NCBI RefSeq assembly: GCF_001194135.2
Contig: NC_068984.1
Span: forward strand, 130,545,161 to 130,609,160
Direction: 5' to 3'
DNA: 64,000 bases
Source of the DNA: Octopus bimaculoides
Lineage: Eukaryota
Shown: positions 24,201-36,400 of the stretch, one piece after another
Position numbering within the stretch: the stretch's first letter is position 1
Layout of the letters: each line of letters opens with the position of its first letter
Notes under the pieces: generated by a model
The model's database searches: none
Told to the model about the DNA's origin: nothing
What the model saw: only the letters and a program-made list of their open reading frames with translations
Program-made: the position numbers and the translations under genes

Positions 24201-27200
24201 ACACAGGCAACCACACACATACACAGGCAACTACACACACGCATGCACACAAACACAAGCAACAACAGCCATACACACACACAAACAACCACACACATAC
24301 ACACAAGCAACTACATATTCAATCGATACACAGAGCATGCACACAACTGAACCCGTTCAAAAACAGCATACAGAATACTCACAACAAAGAACACACACAC
24401 ACACACAAAAAACTGCATTGGCAGTTTTTTGGTACTGTGGTAGATCTATAATAAAGGCATACATCTATAGTATAGTGATACATTTGTGACGGTAGAACTA
24501 TAGTACAGTGGTAAATGTTTGGTACTCTACATAGATCTGAGATACTGTGGAGAGATCTATAGCACAAACATAGATCTATGGAAAAGCAGTAGATTTATGC
24601 AGGTAGATCTGTGGTACAGTCGGACATCCAGGGTACGATTTTAAATACACAATATGGAGAGTTAAAATTTTTAAAAATATCCCTAACAGACTTTTAATCT
24701 TTTAGCATTTAAACTGGTAGGTGAAGGTGCGTGGTTTGGTGGTTAGGGCATTCGTTTCATGATTGTAAGGCCGTGTGTTTGATTCCCAACTGTGCGCTGT
24801 ATCATTGAGCAAGACACTTTATTTCACGTTGCCTCCACTCAGCTGGCAAAAAAATGAGTGGTACCTGTATTTCGAAAGAATCAGCCTTGTCACACTGTGT
24901 CGCACTGAATCTCCTTGTGAACTCTGTATGTGTGTCTATGTTGTAGTCCAAAGGCTGGAGGAGGAAGGTGGGTATCGCGAGCCTCTCCAGTACTGGTATG
25001 GTGAATGCAGTTAAAGCTCAGCTTGAGATTGACTAAGAGACATGCATACAAACATACATAGATTCACAAACACACACACTACGTTAAAGATATGTGTGTC
25101 AGTAGAGTGCTCAGCCACTTGCACGTTAATTCCACGAGCAGGCTGTTCCACTGATCGGATTAACAGGAATTCTCTCCATCATAACTGATGGAGTGCCAGC
25201 ATTTAAATTGGTCATATTTGGCCCAAGTATTCTACTTGTTTTATGCTCAAACTGGCCAGATCCAGCCTCTCACACCTAACCTACAATATATATATATATA
25301 TATATATATATACGACGGACTTCTCTCAGTATCCATCAACCTAATCCACTCACAAGGCCTTGATCAGCCCAAGGCTATAGAAGACACTTGCCCAAGGCAC
25401 CATGCAGTGTGACTGAACCTGGAACCATGTGGTTGGGAAGCAAACTTCTTACCACACAGCCATGCCTGTGCATTCAAAACAATGTGAATAATTAAGCAAT
25501 ACATTTGACAATAATCTGAATGCTAAAGTGTTCGATTGATATACTTAATTCTAGATTTCATTTGGGTTATAGTGCAATGATGATGATTATAGTTATCTCT
25601 CGCTGTCCGAGAAAGACAGTTTTGCAATATCTTGCAGAACAAACTGCACAGATGATTTGTTCCTAGTGGTCGAATGTATGTGCAGTACATTAATTAAGCT
25701 CAATCCCTCCATCAAACTGACAATGCCTGAACAGGTGCACAGTGTATCAGGTGTCAAAGTGATCACAGAGCAAAGTGAGATCTAGAATGCAATGCACCAC
25801 CCAGGCCAGGAACTGATATCTTGATCTCATGGTTGTTAGTGCAACACCCTAACCACTAGGCCACTCGCCTTGGGATTGTAGTCGACTAATCATAGAAAAA
25901 GCATGGACATTTTGCAAGAGGTATAGTGAGTGGTTCTTAGGACTTGTGTAGGGATATAAGGTAGCACTGAGAACATTGTGTGGGGTACAATATGATGGTA
26001 AAGAATATCGCCTTCCTGGCACTTGTACTGGATGGCCCGTGTAAAGACATTCGAGCGAGATCGTTGCCAGTGCCGCTGAACTGGCTCCTCTGCAGGTGGC
26101 ACATAAAATACACCATTTTGACCGTGGCCATTGCCAGTACTGCCTGACTGGCCTTCGTGCCGGTGGCACGTAAAAGCATCCGCTACACTCTCGGAGTGGT
26201 TGGCGTTAGGAAGGGCATCCAGCTGTAGAAACTCTGCCAAATCAGACTGGAGCCTGGTGCAGCCTTCTGGCTTGCCAGTCCTCAGTCAAATCGTCCAACA
26301 CATGCTAGCATGGAAAGCGGACGTTAAATGATGATGATGGTGATCTTCTGTGAGGTATAGCATGGAAGTTAAGAGTATGATGTAAATGAGATGTGCATGA
26401 GTTATGGAGGGAGAGAGAGAGAGAGAGTGTGTGTGTGTGTGTGTGTGTGTGTATAACAGTCTAGACATGTGTCAGGATATAGTGTGGCCATTAGAACATG
26501 TTGTAAGGGACATGTGCAAAGACAAGACATGTTGTGTGTGTGTGTAGGGGATGTAGCGTAGTTGTGAAGACATGTGGGGATGGCGTAGTGTAGTTGTGAA
26601 GTTGTTTGTGTGTGGTGTAGTGTGGTGAGATGTATGTGTGTAGAAAGAACGTGTGTGTGAGATGTAATGTGGTTGAGAAGACATAATGTATGGGATGTAG
26701 CGTGGTGTGTGTGTGTGTGTGTGCATGTATGTGTGTGTGTATGTGTGATCAGGACGTGTGTGAGGATGTAGAGTGGTTGTAAAGACATGCTGGGTGGAGT
26801 ATAGCATAGTGTAGTAGTTAAGACATGTTGTAGTGTGATAATAGGGACGTGTGGAGTGGTTGTGAGGACAAGTTGTCTATGATAAGGTGCAGCGGTGAGA
26901 ACTTGTTATGCGGGGGGGGGGGCAGTGTTGTGTGGTGGTCAGGGTATGTTGGGCAGGTGTGTGTGTGGTGGGATAATGAGGACATGTTGTTTGGAGAGTT
27001 GGTAGCAGATTTTGTTTTCCCCAATATCTCCTCACATATTAACAAACAGACCAAAATAGCCATAAATATCATCAAAACAATGACGATGATGACAACCCCC
27101 ACCCACCACCACTACCACCACAACCATAAACACTACTTCCACCACCACCACCACTGCCAACAACAATACATATTCAGTCTAATATATTGATTTCTAGCAT

Positions 27201-27914
27201 GAGCACAAAGGTCTCAATATTTTATATTTTTTGGGATGTGGGGGGACAGTATAATCGATTATATCGATCCCCAGGATTTGACTGATACCTCACTGTTATA
27301 TTCTGTCTGTTTGGGTTTCAAACTGTAGCCGATATGTCTTATGTGTTTTTGTATTGGAAATAGAAAAGAGAAGAACAAATAATACTGTCCTAGGAATTCA
27401 GATCAAGCAAGAAGGGATTAGCATTTTTAAAGGAGTTAGAAAGATTATGAAAAAGGATTTAGGTTTAATTTTTTGTCCCTAATGGTACATTGATTTGTTG
27501 AGGGGTTACAGCAATGTCCTGTAGTTAGTGGCTACACCACATCATCCCAAACAATTGTCCAACAGAATAAAGCAATATACGATGGGCTTCCCAAACTACA
27601 GTGAAACTCGATGTGTGAGGGACGAATGCTAAGTATTTGATTGGATGCCTCTATCTTAACAACAGCAGTAACATGAAGCACACAAATAACAAGTAAACCC
27701 AACGACTTCCACACATTACCACCTGTGATATAAAACATTTTCTTTTTTCTTTTTTAATACTAACTGTCCCACTCAATGAAACAACAAAACACTGCACCTC
27801 TCAGGCCATGTTTATATATTCAGTTACAAACATTACCACCTCCACGTGAAAGAAATTCAGACTGCTGCACTATTATATCAATACAGAAATAACAAAGCAT
27901 GGGTATACACACAC

Positions 27915-27964
<50 letters not shown>

Positions 27965-29595
27965 CTTTGCTTCTTGCCTAAAAATCAATAGTCTACCAAT
28001 CAGCAAACAGTCGACCATATCTTATTGATCTTCCAGCCCGTGTTCATTATCAGCAGATTCCAAGCCAAATCTATAGAAATCAAAAGATGCCAGCTTGACA
28101 TATTTTTCCAATGAAGCTCTCCCACAGAAAAGCTGTTACACAATGTTGACTCGCTTTGATATTTCAGCTTTGATATCAGCCACAAGCTGTCTGCTTGATG
28201 AAACCCTAACAAGCAGTTATAGAGTTTATGGTCAGCTAACGCTTGCCTATATACTGCCACGCCTCAGCTATCTGCAATCTATATGTATAATAATAAGCAT
28301 GCATGTATGTCTGTTGTAAGGGAGAGGGGTAAATGTGGTAGTGGAGAGAATGGGTGAGGAAATGGCTATAGAACTCTCTAGAGCCTTTTTGCTGAGTGAT
28401 CTTAAAATGTTCAGTCTCTTGTGTTAGGCTTCAATAGGTAATTGTCATTTAAAATTAGAAGTTTACTGTTTTTGGTATGTGTGCATGTGAGTGCATACTT
28501 CTGTGTGTGAGTGTATGTGAGCCAATGTGCTTGTGCATGCGTGTGCGTTCTACCACAGAAGCATAAATGGATCAGCATGGATACTCACACTGCACTCAAA
28601 GAGCCACTCAGGGAGCCACTACATGATCACTATGTCTGCTAGACATAGCCACCAAATTTCCCTTAAGTTACATTCCAATGTTTCAAAAAATAAAGGGAGC
28701 ACTGATTTGGATAAAACAGTCCTAGACATTTGTGTTGGAATAAAACCAGGGAATGGTCGAACTTGGAATGTCTGAGCAATTGGTTTGACTAATTATCAAC
28801 ACAGATCTGGGATGAAATAAGTATTGTATTTGATGCATGAAAGACACACAGGTATGTTAGATGCAGCCCAATTTCAACAGCACATATTCAGGAAAAAATG
28901 TTTTTAGGGCATCAAAGTTTATGGGACGCCCAACTTTACATACAGGAACCGCAATGATTTTTTGAGATATTGTTTTCGAAAAAGAAGTGCGTTTTATACA
29001 CTATCAAATACAACATATGTAAAGTGTCCCAGTCATGGTACAGGCTATTTTGAGAGAAATAAGTACATATTAACAGCAGGACAATTTGAAGTTAGATGAT
29101 CAGAGTCTGACACAATAACACACCCTGCGATTCTTTACCACGACAATACGTGGCAATAACTGTCATTATAATCGTTTATATTATATCTGCATGAAAGTGT
29201 GTCTTTTATCTGTAACTTCTTTCAGTCATTTGACTGTGGCCTTGCTGGAGCACTACCTTGAAGAATTTTAGTTGACAGAATCAACCCCAGGACTTTTTTT
29301 TTGTTAAACCTGGTACTTATTCTAGTGGTCTCTTTTGCCAAACCACTAATTTATGGGGACGTAAACACACCAACACCGATTGTCAAGTGGTGGTGTGGAC
29401 TTAAAGACACACATACATATATATATATATAAAATGGGCTTCTTTCAGTTTCTGTCTTCCCAATCCATTTACAAGGGTTTGGTTAGCCCAAGACTATGGT
29501 AGAAGATTATTACCCAAGGTACCATGCAGTGGGACTGAACCCAGAACCATTTGGTTAGGAAGCAAACTTCTTATCACACAGCCACACATGCACCC

Positions 29596-29678
<83 letters not shown>

Positions 29679-31596
29679 GTATATACACACACATGTATTG
29701 CAGGTGCAGGCAGGCACGTGAGATTAAGTTTGCTTGGCAACCACACGGTTCCAGGTTCAGTCCCACTGTGTAACACTTTGTGCAAGTGTCTTCTACTATA
29801 GCCCTGGGCCAACCAAAGCCTTGTGAGTGGATTTTGCAAATGAGAACTGTATGGAAGTGTGTGTGTGTGAGCGCATGTGCGTGTGCATGCATGTGTGGAA
29901 TACAGAAAGAGTAATTAACATTCAGGTTTGTGGTCTACTCTTTATAGCTAATATCCCAACTGGGGACAGATGAGAACCGAGTGCTTGCTGTAAACCCCAT
30001 AGTCTCCAAATTGCAAGAACTGGATCAGAATGGTTCAATTTCCACTTGAGGGTCACAAAAAAAAAAAAAAATTTCAAGTCTAACCAGCTGTTGTTTCCAT
30101 AAACAGCAAAAACATGCCCTACCCTACATTATGGCTTACACATCAAGGATACTGTATCCATTACAAACACTCACACACGCATGCACACACCATATGTCTC
30201 CAGATTTGTTTACCTGATGGGTAACATAACACCAACAGACTACAAGAACTAACTAACTAACCCATAACAAACAAGAGAAGCCTTTACATCAATGCTCGAT
30301 TTCCCAAAATCACATCTCACCAAGTTTAAAAATGGAGATATTTTAGACCAGTGTTTCTCAATCGGGGTCCATGTGACCTTTGAGGGTCCATATAAGATTT
30401 TGTTGTTAAAGTTTATGTGCAACAAATTGGTTAAACATCTACACTACACAAAATGTTTTAACAATTTTTAATACAATTTCTAATAGGCGCAGGAGTGGCT
30501 GTGTGGTAAGTAGCTTGCTTACCAGCCACATGGTTCCGGGTTCAGTCCCACTGCATGGCACCTTTGGCAAGTGTCTTCTACTATAGCCTCGGGCCGACCA
30601 AAGCCTTGTGAGTGGATTTGGTAGACGGAAACTGAAAGAAGCCCGTCGTATATATGTATATGTATATATGTATGTTTGTGTCTGTGTTTTCCCCCCCAAC
30701 ATCGCTTGACAACCGATGCTGGTGTGTTTACGTCCCCGTAACTTAGCGGTTCGGCAAAAGAGACCGATAGAATAAGTACTAGGTTTACAAAGAATAAGTC
30801 CTGGGGTCGATTTGCTCGACTAAAGGCGGTGCTCCAGCATGGCCGCAGTCAAATGACTGAAGCAAGTAAAAGAGTAAAAGAGTAAAGAGCATGGTGGCAC
30901 CAAAATCATTTAAGTGCTTAGGGCTTTTAGGGGTCTTAATCCAGCCATAACATCAGTGGTCAATTGATGTTTATTTTATCTACCCTGAAAGGATGAAAGG
31001 TAAAGTTGACCTTGACAGAATTTGAACTCAGATGAATTGCTGCTAAGCATTTTGCTCAGTGTGCTAATGATTCTGCCAGAGTTTAATACCGACAACTATT
31101 TTGATAAATTCTTCATTATCTTATTTTGAAAATTAATCAAAATGGAAACGGTGTATTTCCTTAGAAGTAATAAAAGAAGCAAAGAGCATCCTATCAGATA
31201 AGGCAACCTCTAAGTGGTTGCTCCACCTATTAAACATAGCAGCCAGGTCTCTCTCAAATCACAGCCTACCATCATCTTCATCATTATTGTCACATCATCT
31301 TCACCATCATTCTCACATCATCATCATCATTTAACATCCACTTTTCCTTGCTTGCATGGGTGAGATGGAATTTAAAATGATGATGCAATGATGATGATGA
31401 TGATGAATAGGTTTGACAGGTCTGCTCACTCTATAGTGTTGTCTTCTATAACGACGTTAAAACACCATTTCACCTAATCTGCAAGATCTGTCTCCCAGCT
31501 ACTTTGTTCCAACACTTACTTCTGCAACTTCTACCAGACATGTCTTCCTCCAGGAATTTAAAGCATCCAACCTATATTACATACATGTCTGTGCTA

Positions 31597-31633
<37 letters not shown>

Positions 31634-33313
31634 CGTGCGCATGCACACACAGAGCTGAGCTCCCGAACAGACATCGGTCAACATCATCACTGCCCAGCCA
31701 CTCAAGGGAGCAATATTGCCAGACACAGTCGAATAACACTGGAAATGGATAGGAATTCCAGACAGCTGATGAGGAGGAATGTTAGTCAGCCTGAAATCTA
31801 CCGGCAGCTATCGCATGTGTACGTATGAATGAGAGTATGCATATGTATGTGTGTGTGTGTTTGTATGTGATCGTACATGGCTGTATGTATGTGTAGTTGT
31901 ATGAGTGTGAGTGTGTGTGTGTTTCTTATAGTTGAGTGCAAAGTTGGAGTGAAGCATTAGAGTTCATTATCTAACTCTCACTCACACTCACTTTCTTTCT
32001 ATTCACCTATGTGTCTATCCATCTACATTACACATACATGACACACACACACACACACACTAAAGTACACATGCACACACACACACACTAAAGTACACAT
32101 GCACACACACACACACACTAAAGTACACATGCACACACACACACACACACTAAAGTACACATGCACACACACACACACACTAAAATACATATATATGCAC
32201 ATAGAGAAGTGCACATCTACAACACACATACACCTAAGTACACAGGCACACACAGAAATGCACAAGACACACGCACACTGTGTGTCAGCACACACACACA
32301 CTAAAGTACACATGCACACACACACACTAAAATACACACACGCACATAGAGAAGTGCACATCTACAACACACATGGACACACACACACATAGACCTAAGT
32401 AGACAGGCACACACAGAAGTGCNNNNNNNNNNNNNNNNNNNNNNNNNNNNNNNNNNNNNNNNNNNNNNNNNNNNNNNNNNNNNNNNNNNNNNNNNNNNNN
32501 NNNNNNNNNNNNNNNNNNNNNNNNNNNNNNNNNNNNNNNNNNNNNNNNNNNNNNNNNNNNNNNNNNNNNNNNNNNNNNNNNNNNNNNNNNNNNNNNNNNN
32601 NNNNNNNNNNNNNNNNNNNNNNNNNNNNNNNNNNNNNNNNNNNNNNNNNNNNNNNNNNNNNNNNNNNNNNNNNNNNNNNNNNNNNNNNNNNNNNNNNNNN
32701 NNNNNNNNNNNNNNNNNNNNNNNNNNNNNNNNNNNNNNNNNNNNNNNNNNNNNNNNNNNNNCAGCAGCTGCAGCATCAGCAGCAGTCACTGCATCAGTGA
32801 ATGCAGTGTCAGAAGTGGCATTGTGTCGCAAATCTTCTCGATGCCCTTAGTCCTCCCCCCCCCCTCCCTCTCAACCCCCCCAATGACATGTCCACAAGCA
32901 GGATGCTATAGTTTTCATTCCAAAACTATTAGAAAGGTGGTGGGGGAAGAAGGAGGGGGGTCGGGGTGTGCAAAGAATGTTAGGAGGGTGACTGCAGAAA
33001 CATAAATACACATAAAAGTCAGAGGAAGAAAATATAAAGACGAAAATAATAAAGAAGGAAGATGCTGGAATAATAAATAATAATAATAATAATAATAATG
33101 ATGATGATAATAATAATGATAATAATAACAGACAAGATGTCTGTAAGAATACAGAAGGGCGGAGGGGAGGGAGGAAGACAGACAAAGACAAACAGACAGA
33201 CAGACAGAAGGAAAACAAAGCAAAAGACTGAAGACACTAGGGAAAGTAATTAATGATGATGATGATGGTGGTGGTGGTGGTGGTGGTGATGATGATGGTG
33301 GTGGTGGCGGTGG

Positions 33314-33347
<34 letters not shown>

Positions 33348-33387
33348 GACGATGATGATTATGATGATGATGGTGGTGATGATGATG

Positions 33388-33420
<33 letters not shown>

Positions 33421-36400
33421 ATGATGATCATGGTGGTGACGATGATGAAGATGACAGTGGTGATGATGGTGATGATGATGAAGATGACAGTGGTGATGAT
33501 GGTGATGATGATGATGATGATGATGGTGGTGATGACGGTGGTGAGGATGGTGATGATGATGATGGTGGTGAGAGGAGGAGGAGCAGGAGGAGGAAATGGA
33601 TGGAAGGTGAGTATGTAGGCAGAAGGATAAGGCAAACCGAGGAGAGTAAGAAGAGGGGGAAAAAAGCAAAGAGGACAGAAGAAGAAGAAGAAGAAGAAAA
33701 CTAAAGAATGAGAGAGAGAGAAAGCGAATGAGGAGGAAAAACAGGAGAGGAAGCAGGAGGTGTGAAGAGAAATGAGTTTGATTAAAAAGGAGACAAACGT
33801 CAGAGAAATCCAAACTGAATGTGATGAATAGCCATTTTGATAGGAAAGGAAGAATTTATTGATGTGTTATTTCTTTACTACCCACAAGGGGCTACACACA
33901 GAGGGGACCAACAAGGACAGACAAACGGATTAAGTTGATTATATCGACCCCAGTGCGTAACTGGTACTTATTTAATCGACCCCGAAAGGATGAAAGGCAA
34001 AGTGGACCTTGGCGGAATTTGAACTCTGAACGTAGCGGCAGACGAAATACCTATTTCTTTATTGCCCACAAGGAGCTAAACATAGAGAGGACAAACACGG
34101 ACATACAAAGGGATTAAGTCGATTACATCGACCCCAGTGCGTAACTGGTACTTATTTAATCGACCCCGAAAGGATGAAAGGCAAAGTGGACCTCGGCGGA
34201 ATTTGAACTCNNNNNNNNNNTGCGTAACTGGTACTTATTTAATCGACCCCGAAAGGATGAAAGGCAAAGTGGACCTCGGCGGAATTTGAACTCTGAACGT
34301 AGCGGCAGACGAAATACCTATTTCTTTATTGTCCACAAGGAGCTAAACATAGAGAGGACAAACAAGGACATACAAAGGGATTAAGTCGATTACATCGACC
34401 CCAGTGCTTAACTGGTACTTAATTTATCGACCCCGAAAGGATGAAAGGCAAAGTGGACCTCGGCGGAATTTGAACTCTGAACGTAGCGGCAGACGAAATA
34501 CCAATAAGCATTTCGCCCGGCGTGCTAACGTTTCTGCCAGCTCGCCGCCTTGAATTTATTGATGTGTACTGGCTCCACGTAGTGGAACATTCCAGTACAG
34601 AACAACACACATGCACACACGCATATACATGCGTAAAAGGGGCAGGCATGGCTGTGTGGTTAAGAAGTTTGATTTGCAACCGTGTGATATCGGGTTCAGT
34701 CCCACAACGCAGCGTCTTGGGCAAATGTCTTTTTTTTTTACTGTAACCTTGCGTTGACGAATTCCTTGCGTGTGAATTTTGAAGACGGAAACTGAGCGGA
34801 AGCTTGATCTGTTGTGTGTGTGTGGGGGTGGGTGGTGGTAGTGGTGAATGTATGTATGTATGTATGTGGCTGTGTGGTAAAGAAATTTGCTTCCAAGCCA
34901 CAGAGTTCCAGGTTCAGTCCCACTGCATGGCACCTTGGACAAGTGTCTTCTACTACAACCTCAGGCCAACCAAAGCCTTGTGAGTGGATGTGGTAGATGG
35001 AAACTGAAAGAAGCCTGTTGTGTGTGTGTGTGTATATATATGTGTGTGTGTGTGTGTATGCCTGTATATATTTATGTGTGTGTGTCTTTGTTTGTGTTTG
35101 TCCTCCCCCCAACCATCGCTTGACAACCAATGTTGGTGTGTTTACATCCCTGTAACTTAGTGGTTCAGCAAATGAGACCAATAAAATAAGTACTAGGCTT
35201 ACAAAGAATAAGTCCTTAGACCGATTTCTTTGACTAAAAGGTAGTGCTCCAGCATGGTCATAGTCAAATGACTGAAACTAGTAAAAGAATTAAAGAATAT
35301 AGCAGAATGGAGCGCGAGTACCATGTGAAAAGCGTGTGCCACATGGAAATCCCCCCATGCTGGTCCCATGTAAAAAGCACCCATGCCAGGGCCATGATAT
35401 ATATTGGGTTGTCCGGAAAGTTTGTGCCGATTTATAGTAGCTTACCTTTCGACTTATTTGCCCTGAAACCACCTCAATTCTGGGAAGAGGGTATTTGCAA
35501 GTTAAAGGAAAGATGGAGACGCATTGTGCAACAGAATGGTTCATATTTGGTTGATTAAAAATGTAATGGCAAGTATTTATTGACCTTTTTCTTTCCTTTA
35601 AAAATCGGCACGTACTTTCCGGACAACCCAATATATACACGTGCCAAGCACACATAAAAAGCACCTGGACCAGAGCTGCCTAGAGACCACCCATGCCAGT
35701 GCCACAGAAAAAGCACCCATGCGATTGTGACGTACAAAGCACCCATGCTGTCGCCATGTAGGAGCACCAGTTCTGGTGCCACATAAAAAGCCCCCAGTAC
35801 ATTCTGTAAAGTGGTTGGTGCTCGGAAGGGCATTCAGTCATAGAAACCATGCCAGAACTGACAATTGGAGTCTGGTGCAGCTCTCCAGCTGGCTAGATCA
35901 TGTCAAACTATCAAGCCTATGCCAGCATGGAAAACAGACATTAACTCATGATGATGATGATGATGATGATGTAAGAGATAATACATCATTCCTCAGAGTT
36001 TCATATTCAAAGGGAAAGTCAGCACATGACCAAAAACTCAGCCTCTTACTTGAACAGAATGAAACAAATTTCGCATAAATCGGAGCAGTAGTTATTGAGA
36101 TATTTGGAGTTTCGGGGATATAAATACCCAAAACAGTGCCTAATGGAGAAAATGTTCCGAATTTAACTTCATCCTGAAAGGGAAGAAACTCTAACCTTTA
36201 TAGAGAGAGAGAGCAGAATGAAGTACCAGTACCATTCTTTTATTCTTTTATTTGGTTCAGTCATTTGACTGCGGCCATGGTGGAGCACCACCTTTAGTCA
36301 AACAAATCGACCCCAGGACTTATTCTTTGTATGCCTAGTTCTTATTCTATTGATCTCTTTTGCCAAACCGCTATGTTAAGGGGATGTAAGCACACCAAAA

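Noticed and set aside
30486-30560. Functional tRNA genes at SINE heads
   Set aside because: They have A/B boxes but no complete cloverleaf, and continue into SINE bodies with tails and TSDs.
31765-31815. CTGATGAGG...CCTGAAATC hammerhead-like spacing
   Set aside because: Stem II is not properly closed and no stem III/NUH or stem I can be drawn.
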